From the NCBI GenBank assembly GCA_028284525.1, contig JANQRO010000187.1, forward strand, positions 1-51,448: 51,448 nucleotides of DNA, written 5' to 3'. The DNA is from Myxococcota bacterium. GTDB lineage: Bacteria; Myxococcota_A; UBA9160; PR03. Below are positions 8,831 through 18,621 of this stretch, one piece after another (the stretch's first letter is position 1; every line of letters starts with the position of its first letter). A program made the position numbers and the translations under genes. Below the pieces are notes generated by a model. That model searched no databases. It was not told the DNA's origin and saw nothing but the letters and a program-made list of their open reading frames with translations.

Positions 8831-9931
8831 TCACGCGTCGGGATGGATCTCTTCGAGGGGCACAAAGTCCTGCTCGATCCCGAAGACCCGGGGGCCGAAG
8901 ACCCGGAGCGCCTCGGGGCTTCGCATGACCGGCGCGGTGCTCGCCCCCACGACCTTCACCCGTTGTCCGTAGCGGAGAGCCTCGGTGGTGATGGGCTCGG
9001 CGCTCTCGGCGTCGACGACGCAGACGAGGTCGGGAACCACCGCGCGCACCTGGCCGTTCTGACGGGCGACGAGGTTCTCGTTCTGGAACTCGATCTCGAG
9101 AGACGCTCCCTCTCCCCCGATCGACTCGATGTGACAGTGCCCGATCGAGAATCCGCGGGTGGTCTCGCGGCGCAGGTCGACGATCTTTCCGTGGAAGAGG
9201 ACCTTGCAGCGGTTGTAGTACTGGCTCGCGCGCAGCGCCTCGAGCAGGGCGGCGACGGGATCGCCGGAGCGGCGGCCGCGGGCGATGGCACGGCCGATCT
9301 CGAGTGCAACCGTCAGGGTCCCGAAGACGGCGCTGCGTTTCAGGTCCGCGCCGTTCATCGCGTAGCAGGACATCAGCGCACTCAGACCCATCTGGACGAC
9401 GTTGACCCGAGCGATGTCCTCGGTCGTCTTCGCGTCCGCGGCTTCGATGATCACGCTGTTGCCGTGCTCGTCGACGAGCGAGGCGGGGGCCGCCGGAACC
9501 CCGTAGACGTTGAAGGTGACCATCTGGAGCTCGGGAAAGGCGCGCCCCATGCCGTCGGCGTCCACGAGCGGGAGCCCCATGCGAGCCGCGGCGACGATGG
9601 GGATCATCGAATTGCAACCGCCGATCTCGACGGGCGTGATGAAGTCGGCAGGGCGGCCCCGGTGCGCTTCGAGCTTGCGGACCGCGAGGACGACGTCGTC
9701 GCCGCTGGCGATCTTCTCGACGAGCACGGTCGGGGCACCGATCATCGCCGAGGTGTACACCATGGCGTCGTCGGGGACGTCCTGGGGCGCCACGACTTCC
9801 GGCATCCCGAATTCGCGGATCGCCTCTTGCGCCATCAAGCGGCCGATGTAGGGATCGCCTCCCCCACCGGTGCCCAGGAACGCCGCCCCCCGCGCCAGGT
9901 GCTCGAGGGCCTCTGCGTCGAGCTTCATCAT
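8831..9931 (-). CDS. DUF917 family protein
   Basis: [70 protein letters not shown]; ATGA overlap with the upstream hydantoinase. Confidence 0.9.
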   Translation of the reverse strand: MMKLDAEALEHLARGAAFLGTGGGGDPYIGRLMAQEAIREFGMPEVVAPQDVPDDAMVYTSAMIGAPTVLVEKIASGDDVVLAVRKLEAHRGRPADFITPVEIGGCNSMIPIVAAARMGLPLVDADGMGRAFPELQMVTFNVYGVPAAPASLVDEHGNSVIIEAADAKTTEDIARVNVVQMGLSALMSCYAMNGADLKRSAVFGTLTVALEIGRAIARGRRSGDPVAALLEALRASQYYNRCKVLFHGKIVDLRRETTRGFSIGHCHIESIGGEGASLEIEFQNENLVARQNGQVRAVVPDLVCVVDAESAEPITTEALRYGQRVKVVGASTAPVMRSPEALRVFGPRVFGIEQDFVPLEEIHPDA

Positions 9932-11499
9932 CCCGCCCGTCCCGGTGCGCCGGACGCCAGGGCGAGATCCCCGGCGACCTTCATGCGCACGCGCACGGCT
10001 CCACCCGGGATGTAGGACAGAGGGACCTCCTCGATGTCGACGGTCTCCACGCTGGCTTCCGCGGCCCCGGCTTCGACGGCCAGGCGCACCGCCTCCGCGC
10101 GGGCGTCGGCCAGCGCGTTGTCGCGGCCCACGTGTTCGTAGGAGAAGACGCGGTCTACCTCGCCACCGACCTGCGCGATCGAGGCACCGATCGCGTTGGC
10201 CACGCCCGCGTGTTCGGGGACCACACGATCGGAGCAGCCCGGGATGTCGCGATCCACCAGCACCGCTCCGCCACCCACCAACACGAGGGGCACCGGGTCC
10301 GCGTTGGTCTTCACGCGGTCGACGCCTTCGGCCAGGATCGTGTGGATCCGGTCGATTCCCGCGGCCACGAGGGCGGGATCGAGGGTCGCGACCGCCGCGG
10401 GGTCGCCGATGCGAGCGGATCCGGCCGCGACCGCGAGGTCGGTCGCGGTCAGGGTGGCTCCGCCGAAGACCAACGCGTCTCGCTCGAGGCGGTAGCTCAC
10501 CGACCGGGGGCCGACCGCGACGCCCGATTCGGTCTCTTCGACCAGACTCCCACCCCCCAACCCGAGCGCGATCACGTCGGGCATCCGGAAGTTGGTGCGC
10601 ACCCCGCCGATGTCCACGGTGACCGAAGACTCTCGCGGAAACCCCCCGGAGAGCACGCCGATATCGGTGGTCGTCCCCCCGATATCGGCGACGACGGCGT
10701 CCGCGAGCCCCGAGAGGTAGACGGCGCCCCGCATGCTGTTGGTGGGTCCCGAGGCGAAGGTGAGCACCGGGTACTGCTCGACGTAGTCGGCGCGCATGAG
10801 GGTGCCGTCGTTCTGGCTGATGAAGAACGGCGCGTCGATCGAGAGGGCGCCGAGCGCCACCCGGAACGAGGCGACGACACGACCGGCGAGATCGGCCAGG
10901 CTGGCGTTCATGATGGCCGCGTTCTCTCGCTCGAGAAGACCGATGCGACCGATGCGCGCCGAGAGCGTCACGGCGGCGTCCGGGAGCTCTTCGAGGAGGA
11001 TCCCCCGGGCCCGTTCCTCCAGGTCGGCGTTGACCGGAGAGAACAGACCCACGACCGCCGCCGCCCGGAGCCCTTTGCGCTTCATGTCGCGGGCGGCGTC
11101 GCGCACACCGACTTCGTCGAAGGGCGCGTTGACACGGCCGTCGCACTGATAGCCGCCGCGGATGAGGTAGGGATGGGTGCCGACGGCACGGCGGAGGTCG
11201 GCGGGCCAATCGACCAGCGGCGGGAGCGCCTGCGCGGCCGGCAACGCGATTCGAAGCACCGCCACCTCCAGGAGGTCGCGCCGCTCGACAAAGGCGTTGG
11301 TGAACTGGGTGGTGCCGATCATCACACTCTCGATCCGATCGGCGGCGACACCGGAATCCGAGAGCACGGCGCGGATCGCCGCGACGATTCCGTCGCTCAC
11401 GTTGTCGCTCGTCGCCGACTTGTGGCTGGCGACCAGGCCGCGGCCGTCCATCACGACCGCGTCGGTGTTGGTGCCCCCGACGTCGACTCCGATCCTCAA
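9928..11499 (-). CDS. Hydantoinase/oxoprolinase (HyuA/OplA N-type) family protein
   Basis: TTG start after GAGAGGGAG; [64 protein letters not shown]. Confidence 0.9.
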   Translation of the reverse strand: MRIGVDVGGTNTDAVVMDGRGLVASHKSATSDNVSDGIVAAIRAVLSDSGVAADRIESVMIGTTQFTNAFVERRDLLEVAVLRIALPAAQALPPLVDWPADLRRAVGTHPYLIRGGYQCDGRVNAPFDEVGVRDAARDMKRKGLRAAAVVGLFSPVNADLEERARGILLEELPDAAVTLSARIGRIGLLERENAAIMNASLADLAGRVVASFRVALGALSIDAPFFISQNDGTLMRADYVEQYPVLTFASGPTNSMRGAVYLSGLADAVVADIGGTTTDIGVLSGGFPRESSVTVDIGGVRTNFRMPDVIALGLGGGSLVEETESGVAVGPRSVSYRLERDALVFGGATLTATDLAVAAGSARIGDPAAVATLDPALVAAGIDRIHTILAEGVDRVKTNADPVPLVLVGGGAVLVDRDIPGCSDRVVPEHAGVANAIGASIAQVGGEVDRVFSYEHVGRDNALADARAEAVRLAVEAGAAEASVETVDIEEVPLSYIPGGAVRVRMKVAGDLALASGAPGRAG

Positions 11500-11540
11500 T
11501 TCGATCTCCCTCTCTGTCCCAGGCGCGACCTGGGGTCGGG

Positions 11541-12533
11541 CTACACGCGGGGGAGGACGTCTCGCGCCGCGAGGGCGAGCTGGCTCTCCATCTCCTCCGC
11601 GGACGCGACCGTCAGGCACACCTGCGCGGCCCCGGCCCCGAGGAGCGCCCGGACCCGCTCGGCGCACTCGTCCGGCGTCCCGGCGACGGCGAGCTGGCCG
11701 ATCCACTCGCCCGGCATCTCCTTGGCGACGACCGCGGGATCTCCGAGAGCCTGGAGGTCGGCGATCGCGTCGTTGATGCCCAGGGGCTCGGTGAGCGGAC
11801 TCGGGCCGACGGCGGTGATGTAGTGGGCGATCACCGCGCCCGCGGCGGCGTGTGCCTTGGCGCGATCGGTGTCGCACGCGAAGATCGCGAGGACGGGGAG
11901 CTCGTGCCGGGTCCGGCCCGAGCGCGCGGCGCCGCGTTCGATATGTCGCTTTGCCGCCTCGAGGTAGGGGGGCGCGATCAGCACGCTCCCGAGTGTCCCG
12001 TCGGCCACTTCCCCGGAGAGTTCGAGCGAGCGCGGCCCCAACACCCCCGTGACGATCCGTGTCCCGGGGCAGGGGTGCGAGAGATGGATCTGGTCGCAGT
12101 GGAAGTGCCCCTGGTGCTCGGTCACGGTGTCGCCTTCGAGCAGACGGCGGATGATGGTCACGGCTTCGCGCAAGGTCCCGAGCGGCGATCGGGGACGAAG
12201 CCCCATCTGCTCGGTCCAGGCCGGAACACCGTGACCGATCCCGGCGACGAGTCGTCCCGGATAGGCGCGCCCGAGCGTGGCGATCTCCATGGCGGTGACC
12301 GCCGGGTGACGCGCGACCGACGAGACGATCCCGATTCCACAGCGGAGACGCGACGTCGAGCCCAGCACGATCCCGGCGCTGGAGAACGCCGCCAGTTCGA
12401 AGTAGTCCTCCGCCGCCCAGACGTCGCGGTAGCCGAGCTCTTCGATCGCCCGCGCCAACCCGGGGAGCCGTTCGGGCGGGAGATAGGGCGGGATGCACAC
12501 CGCGAGGGGGTGGTCGTAGCGGGCGTAGTCCAC
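11541..12533 (-). CDS. LLM-class flavin/F420-dependent oxidoreductase
   Basis: GAGGAG RBS + GTG; EELGYRDVWAAED, RHPAVTAMEIATL...PGRLVAGIGHG, GPRSLELSGEVADG, VAGTPDEC. Confidence 0.85.
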   Translation of the reverse strand: MDYARYDHPLAVCIPPYLPPERLPGLARAIEELGYRDVWAAEDYFELAAFSSAGIVLGSTSRLRCGIGIVSSVARHPAVTAMEIATLGRAYPGRLVAGIGHGVPAWTEQMGLRPRSPLGTLREAVTIIRRLLEGDTVTEHQGHFHCDQIHLSHPCPGTRIVTGVLGPRSLELSGEVADGTLGSVLIAPPYLEAAKRHIERGAARSGRTRHELPVLAIFACDTDRAKAHAAAGAVIAHYITAVGPSPLTEPLGINDAIADLQALGDPAVVAKEMPGEWIGQLAVAGTPDECAERVRALLGAGAAQVCLTVASAEEMESQLALAARDVLPRV

Positions 12534-12559
12534 GGGGAGCGCTCCTCGGGCTCGTCGGG

Positions 12560-14854
12560 TCAGGGGGCGATGCCCCGCGCTTCGAGTGCCGCGAGCACGT
12601 CTTCGGGGGCAATCGGAATCTTGGGGATTCGCACCCCGATCGCGTCGGCGACCGCGTTGCCGATGACCGCCGGCGCCAACACGAGCGACGGCTCGGCGGC
12701 GCCCTTGGCGCCGAAGGGTCCGCTGTCGTCGGGATGCTCGAGGAGCAGGGTCTCGACCTCCGGAATGTCGATCGCCAAGGGCAACCGGCAGTCCTTGAGG
12801 GTTCGCTCGAGGTAGCGCCCGTCGCGCACCCGCAGCCCTTCGTAGAGCGCGTACCCGATCCCCTGACACACACCACCCTGGATCTGTCCCCGCACCGCCG
12901 TCGGGTTGATGGCGGTCCCCACCTCCTGGGCCACCACGTAGCGCACCACCCGCACCCGGCCGGTCACCGGGTCGACGGCGACCTTGGCGAAGTGGACGTG
13001 ATAGGTGGGGGTCGGGAGCGCGGGAAACGCGAGCCCGCTGGCGCGCGAGGTGTCGAACGCGATCGGCGCCTCGCTGTGCCGGCCGGTGCCCACGATGGCG
13101 CCCGAGCCGAACGCGGCGGCCGCCAACACCTCGACGAGCGCGAGACGTTTCTCTGGCTGACCGGTGGCGAGCACGAAACCGTCGTCGAGGTCCAGATCCG
13201 CGGGGTCGGTTCCCATGAGCCTCGCCGCATCGGCGAGGACCTTCTCCCGTACCTCGACCGCGGCGTACTGGGCGGCGCGACCGACCGCCCGCGTGGTCCG
13301 GCTGCCCTGGGCGCCGCCGTCGTAGCCACTGCTGTCGGTATCGGGAGGGGCCACGTGCACCTGGCTCGGGTCGAGCCCCAGCACCTCGGCGACGACCTGC
13401 ACGACGCCCTGGTAGATCGCTCCGGTTCCGATATCGCAGCCGCCGGTCACGACGTGCGCGGTGCCGTCTTCGTTGAGCTTGACGCTGGCCGAGCCCGGGA
13501 GCGGATTGGTGAGCCACACACAGGTCGCGATGCCGATCCCCTCGAGGGGCTCTTTCTCCCGGTCGAGCGTCGCCCAGGGTGCGCTGCGTTCGATCGCGTC
13601 GAATCCTTCGCGCGCGATGTGGACGTCGTCGAGCACCTGTCCGTTGAGCAGGGGCTCGCCGTCGCGCAGCAGCTGGCGCAGCCGATAGTCGCGCCGGTCG
13701 ACACCGAGCTCGTCGGCGATGTGATCCATGTGCTCTTCGACCGCGGTGCAGATGGGCACGCCCGACACCCCGCGAAACGCGCCCGTGGGGGTCGAGTGGG
13801 TGTAGATCAGCCGGAATCGCAACCGGGCTTCGGCGACCCGATAGCAGCCCGCGCCCATGAGCAGCACGATTCCCGACATCAGCGGGAGCTCGCCGGAGTA
13901 CGCCCCGTTGTCGTGGTCCGAGAGCAGCTCGCGCCCGAGGATGTTGCCCTCGGCGTCGAGGGCGGAACGGATGGTGATCTCCGCTCCCTCCCGGCTGGTG
14001 GCGACCAGGAGATCCTCGTCGCGAGTGAACGCGAGCTTCACCGGCCGACCCGCCGCGGCGCGCGACAACAACGCGGCGTAGGGCTCGGGGCCGAAGTCGA
14101 GCTTGCCGCCGAAACCGCCGCCTACCGTCTGGCCCTCCACGCGCACATCGCTCGGCCGGACGGCGAGAAACTGCGCCACCCGGTCGCGGAGGTTGAAGAT
14201 GTACTGATGGCCGCTCTGGATGACGTAGCGTCCGTCGCGGTAGTGGGCGACCGCGGCCTTGGGCTCGAGGTATCCCTGGTACTGGCGCCCGAATGCAAAG
14301 CGATCCTCGACCACGCGATGGGCCGACCGAAAGGCCTCCTCGAACCCCTCGGTCGTGTGTTCCCACTGGGCGGCGACATTGCCGTCCCGGTGGAGCGCGA
14401 CCCCGGGGAGACACGCGTACTCCGAGAGCTCCGGATGCACCCGCGGCGCGTCGGGGGCGAGGGCCGAGGTGGGGTCGGTCAGCACGCGAGCCTCTTCGAG
14501 CTCGAGCTCCACCGCCTCGAGCGCCGCCCGGGCCTGCTCGACGCTCTCGGCGGCGATCGCCGCGATAGGCTCTCCCGCATAGCGGACCCGCTCCTGCGCA
14601 AAGAGCGGCGTGTCCCGGATGACCCAGCCCGCCAGATCCGTCGGGGCATCCGCCGCGCAGACGACGGCCCGGACGCCCGGCATCTGTTTCGCGCGCGAGA
14701 GGTCGAGCCGCACGATCCGACCCGCCGGAAGGGGGGAGCGCAAGACCGCTCCGTGCAGGAGTCGCCCGGGGGCGAGGTCGGCGGTGTAGGTCGCGCGACC
14801 CGTGACCTTCGCGCGACCGTCACGGCGAACCGTGCTCTGTCCGACCACCTTCAC
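12560..14854 (-). CDS. Xanthine dehydrogenase-family molybdopterin-binding large subunit
   Basis: GGAGG + GTG overlapping the small-subunit stop (GTGA); DGRAKVTGRATY, QGYLEP, VGGGFGGK, GAFRGVSG, GSRTT, GQIQGG, GAKGAAE. Confidence 0.92.
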   Translation of the reverse strand: MKVVGQSTVRRDGRAKVTGRATYTADLAPGRLLHGAVLRSPLPAGRIVRLDLSRAKQMPGVRAVVCAADAPTDLAGWVIRDTPLFAQERVRYAGEPIAAIAAESVEQARAALEAVELELEEARVLTDPTSALAPDAPRVHPELSEYACLPGVALHRDGNVAAQWEHTTEGFEEAFRSAHRVVEDRFAFGRQYQGYLEPKAAVAHYRDGRYVIQSGHQYIFNLRDRVAQFLAVRPSDVRVEGQTVGGGFGGKLDFGPEPYAALLSRAAAGRPVKLAFTRDEDLLVATSREGAEITIRSALDAEGNILGRELLSDHDNGAYSGELPLMSGIVLLMGAGCYRVAEARLRFRLIYTHSTPTGAFRGVSGVPICTAVEEHMDHIADELGVDRRDYRLRQLLRDGEPLLNGQVLDDVHIAREGFDAIERSAPWATLDREKEPLEGIGIATCVWLTNPLPGSASVKLNEDGTAHVVTGGCDIGTGAIYQGVVQVVAEVLGLDPSQVHVAPPDTDSSGYDGGAQGSRTTRAVGRAAQYAAVEVREKVLADAARLMGTDPADLDLDDGFVLATGQPEKRLALVEVLAAAAFGSGAIVGTGRHSEAPIAFDTSRASGLAFPALPTPTYHVHFAKVAVDPVTGRVRVVRYVVAQEVGTAINPTAVRGQIQGGVCQGIGYALYEGLRVRDGRYLERTLKDCRLPLAIDIPEVETLLLEHPDDSGPFGAKGAAEPSLVLAPAVIGNAVADAIGVRIPKIPIAPEDVLAALEARGIAP

Positions 14855-15324
14855 GACGGACCTCCCTGCTCTCGACATCCCACGGCCTGGCGAGCGGCGC
14901 GAACGATCGCCGCATAGCCGGTGCAGCGACAGAGATTCCCGGACAGCGCTTCGCGGATGCGATCCACCGACGGGTCGGACTCCGCGCGCAAGAGCGCCGT
15001 GAGCGTCATGACGATGCCCGGTGTGCAGAACCCGCACTGCACCCCACCCGTCTCGAGGAGCGCGTTCTGGAGCGGAGACAAGGTCTCGCCACCGATGCCT
15101 TCGATGGTCTCGACCGATCGTCCGTGGGCCGACCCGCCCGGGTAGAGACAGGAGGCGACCGGTCGGCCCTCCACCAACACGGTACAGGCGCCGCACTCGC
15201 CTTCGCGGCACCCGTCCTTGGTACCCGTCAGGAAGAGGCGGTCGCGCAACACGTCGAGGAGGACTTCGCGGGGTTCGATCTCGACCTGCTCGGCACGCCC
15301 GTTGACCTGCAACCGGATCTTCAC
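14851..15324 (-). CDS. Mo-hydroxylase [2Fe-2S] small subunit
   Basis: GTKDGCREGECGACTV...SC and QCGFCTPG...GNLCRCTGY. Confidence 0.95.
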   Translation of the reverse strand: MKIRLQVNGRAEQVEIEPREVLLDVLRDRLFLTGTKDGCREGECGACTVLVEGRPVASCLYPGGSAHGRSVETIEGIGGETLSPLQNALLETGGVQCGFCTPGIVMTLTALLRAESDPSVDRIREALSGNLCRCTGYAAIVRAARQAVGCREQGGPS

Positions 15325-15348
15325 GATCGCCTCCGCCGACGGGCCACG

Positions 15349-16215
15349 CTACGTCGCCGCAACGGCCGCACGACACTCTCGCACCGCGCGTATCAAGAGC
15401 CGCGGAAGAACGGCGCGGCGATAGCTCGCGGACGCGCGCTCGTCGTCGACCGGCGACGACTCCGCCGCGAGCCTCTCGCCCGCCCGGGCGATCCGGTCGG
15501 GGTCGAGTGGCCCCACGAGCAGCCGCTCCGCCTCCACCGCGCGGGTCGGGACGGGGCCGACCGAACACGTCGCGAGACGGGCCGCCGCGACCTCGCGCCC
15601 GGAGGTCTCGAAGTCGAGGCGCGCCGCGAGCCCGGCGATCGCGACCTCCATCGCGCCCCGCCGCCCGACCTTGAGGTAGACGTCGGCGCTCGTCTCCGGT
15701 GGCGGGTCGAGGGAGAACGCGGTGACGAGCTCGTCGGCCTGGCGTCGCGTCTCACCCGAGCCCGTCAGGAACCGGCCGAGTTCGACGCTGTGCTCACCGC
15801 GCGCGGCACTGCGCAGCGTGACGAGCGCGTCGTGGACGAGGAGCGGTGGGAGCAGATCCGCGCTGGGTGATGCGTCGCACACGTTGCCGCCCAGCGTGGC
15901 GACGGATTGCGTTTGCCAGCCACCGACGCATCCGGCGGCCTGGCACACCGCGCGATAGCGATCGCAAAGAAGCGGATGCTCCGCCACGTCTCGAAGTGTC
16001 GTGAGCGCCCCGATCACGACGCGATCACCGTCGCGCGAAACACCGGCGAGTTCGCTCCGCAGCCCGTCGAGTTGGACCAAGGTGTCGGGATTCGACACGC
16101 CCTGTGCCAGTCTTCGCATGACGTGGGTGCCGCCGGCGAGCAGCTCGGCGCGGTGACGGCGCGCGGCCAACACGTCCAGTACGTCGTCGATCGTCTCGGC
16201 TCGCAGGAACTCCAC
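15349..16215 (-). CDS. Mo-hydroxylase FAD-binding medium subunit
   Basis: LLAGGTH, IGALTTL, ATLGGNVCDASPSAD, DERASASYRR; no Cys-rich [4Fe-4S] insert of the HcrB type. Confidence 0.92.
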   Translation of the reverse strand: MEFLRAETIDDVLDVLAARRHRAELLAGGTHVMRRLAQGVSNPDTLVQLDGLRSELAGVSRDGDRVVIGALTTLRDVAEHPLLCDRYRAVCQAAGCVGGWQTQSVATLGGNVCDASPSADLLPPLLVHDALVTLRSAARGEHSVELGRFLTGSGETRRQADELVTAFSLDPPPETSADVYLKVGRRGAMEVAIAGLAARLDFETSGREVAAARLATCSVGPVPTRAVEAERLLVGPLDPDRIARAGERLAAESSPVDDERASASYRRAVLPRLLIRAVRECRAAVAAT

Positions 16216-16612
16216 GATCCGAACGGTAGGTCGGGGGGTCCGACCCCGTCCACGGTCTCGTCCCCGTCGGCACCGGACCCCCGGGAGCCCTGGATGGTGG
16301 GGGAGCCGCGGGGTCGCCAGGTGGGCGCAAGACGGCGAGGCCCGGCGCTAACGTCTCGGCTCCGCTCCGATTTCTCCCGATGCCGAGCGTCTCGCGTCCG
16401 GTGGGGTCCAGCTTCGCGTCCGGGGTCCGCCGCGCTCCGCGGCGGGCTGCTCCGTCGCGCGGGGAACCGGAGGCGGGAGCCGCCCTTCGACGCACAGGTC
16501 GCGGGATTGCGGGCCCACGTATGTCACCATCCGGAGCGCGGGAATCGTGCGAAGCCCCACTGCATGGGAGCCCAGAGCGTTGGTCGAGGGCGGAGACGGA
16601 CGGGCAAAGGGC

Positions 16613-17377
16613 GTGGTGCGGATCCTCCGCCTGGCGTGGTCGATCGCGTCGCTCTTCGTCGTGGAGAGCCTCGTCTTCGGCGTGTCGCTGCTCCCCGCGG
16701 TCCTCTTCTGGCAGTGGCACCTCACGTGGCAACTCGAGCCGCCCTGGTTTCGGGTGTTCGTCCTCTCGATGGCGGCGATCCCCGCGTATCTCGTCTTTGC
16801 GGTGGCCTTCATGATGCTCTCGGCGCTCGCGATGCGCATCGCGGGCTGGCGCCCCCCGCGCCGGGCAGAGGTTCGGATCGACGCCTTCGAATGGCCCATG
16901 CTCGATTGGATCCGCTACACGATCTCGTTTCACATGGTGCGGGTGTTCTCGGGGAGCTTCCTCCGCACGACGCCGCTCTGGGTGCTCTACATGCGTCTCA
17001 ACGGTGCGCGGTTGGGACGCCGTGTCTGGGTCAACTCCCTCGACGTCACGGACCACTGCATGCTCGAGTTCGGAGACGACGTGGTGATCGGCGGCGGGGT
17101 GCACCTCTCGGGTCATACCGTCGAGCGGGGTCTCTTCAAGACGGCGCCGGTGGTGCTCGGGCGGGGTGTGACGATCGGGGTCGGGGCCAATATCGAAATC
17201 GGTGTCGAGGCGGGACCCGAGTGTCAGATCGGCGCGCTCTCGGCGGTGCCCAAGTTCCAACGACTCGAGGGCCACAGCACCTACGTCGGCATCCCCGCCC
17301 GAAAGATCGAGACCCGGGCGGACGCGGCTTCGGCCGAGTCCCGTCGACCCGAGCCGCCGCGGGAGACGGGCCGATGA
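16613..17377 (+). CDS. Membrane protein with C-terminal hexapeptide-repeat (left-handed beta-helix) acyltransferase-like domain
   Basis: Two N-terminal hydrophobic helices, then YMRLNGARLGRRVWV, LEFGDDVVIGGGV, VVLGRGVTIGVGA, YVGIPARKI. Start approximate. Confidence 0.7.
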   Translation: MVRILRLAWSIASLFVVESLVFGVSLLPAVLFWQWHLTWQLEPPWFRVFVLSMAAIPAYLVFAVAFMMLSALAMRIAGWRPPRRAEVRIDAFEWPMLDWIRYTISFHMVRVFSGSFLRTTPLWVLYMRLNGARLGRRVWVNSLDVTDHCMLEFGDDVVIGGGVHLSGHTVERGLFKTAPVVLGRGVTIGVGANIEIGVEAGPECQIGALSAVPKFQRLEGHSTYVGIPARKIETRADAASAESRRPEPPRETGR

Positions 17378-18135
17378 CGCCGGCCTCCGCGCCGCCCGCG
17401 CTGGTCTTCGTGCCCGGGCTCGATGGCACGGCCCTCATGTTCTACCGGCAGATTCCCCTGGCCGCCGAGCGGTTTCGCCCGATGGGGTTCCCGCTCCCGA
17501 ACGACGCCGCGCTCGACATGGACGACCTGGTCGCCGCGCTGGCGACGTTTCTGGACCGCGAGGCGGGTCCGGAGGTGGTGCTCTGCGGTGAATCCTTCGG
17601 AGGCGCCCTCAGCCTGAGCTTCGCTCTCGCGTATCCCGATCGGCTCCGCGGGCTGGTGATCCTGAACTCCTTCCCGGTGATCCGCGAGCGTTGGAAGCTC
17701 TATTTGGGGCCCCTCGCGCTTCGCTTGCTGCCGTGGGGCGCGATGCCGATCGTGCGCCGGTTCACGGAGGCCCGACTGCACAGCCCCCACGCCCGTCCCG
17801 AGGATCTGCGCGAGTTTCGCGAGCGCTCCAAGCGGATCGGCAAGGCGGGGTACCTGCGGCGTCTCGAGATCTTGCGTCGCTACGACATCCGCGACCGGCT
17901 GGGCGCGCTACGCCCGCCCACGCTCTTTCTGGCCGGGGATCGCGATCGCCTCCTCCCGGCCGTATCCGAAGCGCAATACATGGCCGAGCGGGTCCCGAGG
18001 GGGAAGGCGGTGGTGCTCCGGGGCTACGGGCACATCTGTATGATCAACCACGACTTCGATCTCATGGACTACATCGGCCCGTGGTTCGAGCGGGAGCTCC
18101 GCGCCCCGGGTCGATCGGTCGACTCGACGTCGTAG
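17374..18135 (+). CDS. Alpha/beta hydrolase
   Basis: ATGA overlap with the previous gene; FVPGLDG, GESFGG nucleophile elbow, GDRDRLLP, YGH. Confidence 0.88.
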   Translation: MTPASAPPALVFVPGLDGTALMFYRQIPLAAERFRPMGFPLPNDAALDMDDLVAALATFLDREAGPEVVLCGESFGGALSLSFALAYPDRLRGLVILNSFPVIRERWKLYLGPLALRLLPWGAMPIVRRFTEARLHSPHARPEDLREFRERSKRIGKAGYLRRLEILRRYDIRDRLGALRPPTLFLAGDRDRLLPAVSEAQYMAERVPRGKAVVLRGYGHICMINHDFDLMDYIGPWFERELRAPGRSVDSTS

Positions 18136-18147
18136 CCCCCGGCCCGT

Positions 18148-18621
18148 CTACCCCCCGGTGACGCCGTCGAGATCCGGCGCCGGGTGCCCGCGAAGCAGGA
18201 GCGCCGCCATCGCCGCGCCGCCGAGGAGCGCGCCCATCCAGAACTGGTGAACGCCCAGCCCCGGGATCCCCCACACGCCGGTCACCCACAGGACGACGCC
18301 GAAGAGCAGCGCGGGCCCCACCACCAGGGCCGACCACAGCCCCGGGAAGATCGGCCGGAACGCGACGGCGTGGGCCGTGACCACGCCGGCGCCCATCCAC
18401 ACCGCGAAGTGGAGCACGCTGTAGACCGCCGCGCGAGCCGGATCGGGATCCGCCCCGAGCGCCGCCTCGAGGCCGTCGAAGAAGTGGGCGTGGAGCACGC
18501 TCGGGGTCCGCAGGAACGCGCCGGTCAACAGATCGTAGAGCGTGAACACGGCGAGCACGCACGCGCCCGCCACGCCCCCGGCGAGGAGGCCTCGGCTGAG
18601 GATCGGGTGGTCAGTGTCCAT
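18148..18621 (-). CDS. Hypothetical membrane protein (about 4 TM)
   Basis: MDTDHPILSRGLLAGGVAG...; four hydrophobic segments, GC3-rich codons. Confidence 0.65.
   Translation of the reverse strand: MDTDHPILSRGLLAGGVAGACVLAVFTLYDLLTGAFLRTPSVLHAHFFDGLEAALGADPDPARAAVYSVLHFAVWMGAGVVTAHAVAFRPIFPGLWSALVVGPALLFGVVLWVTGVWGIPGLGVHQFWMGALLGGAAMAALLLRGHPAPDLDGVTGG

Noticed and set aside
8831-15568. Apparent giant N-terminal extensions on the DUF917, hydantoinase, LLM and Mo-subunit ORFs in the track
   Set aside because: The extensions are off-frame read-ins through upstream genes; real starts have an RBS and/or ATGA/GTGA overlaps.
12560-16215. Aerobic CO dehydrogenase (coxMSL) or 4-hydroxybenzoyl-CoA reductase
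   Set aside because: Active-site loop is AFRGVSG rather than AYxCSFR, there are no cox accessory genes, and the FAD subunit lacks the HcrB [4Fe-4S] insert.
16216-16612. Riboswitch (Moco/cobalamin) in the long divergent intergenic region
   Set aside because: No recognisable consensus elements by eye; an Rfam scan would be needed.
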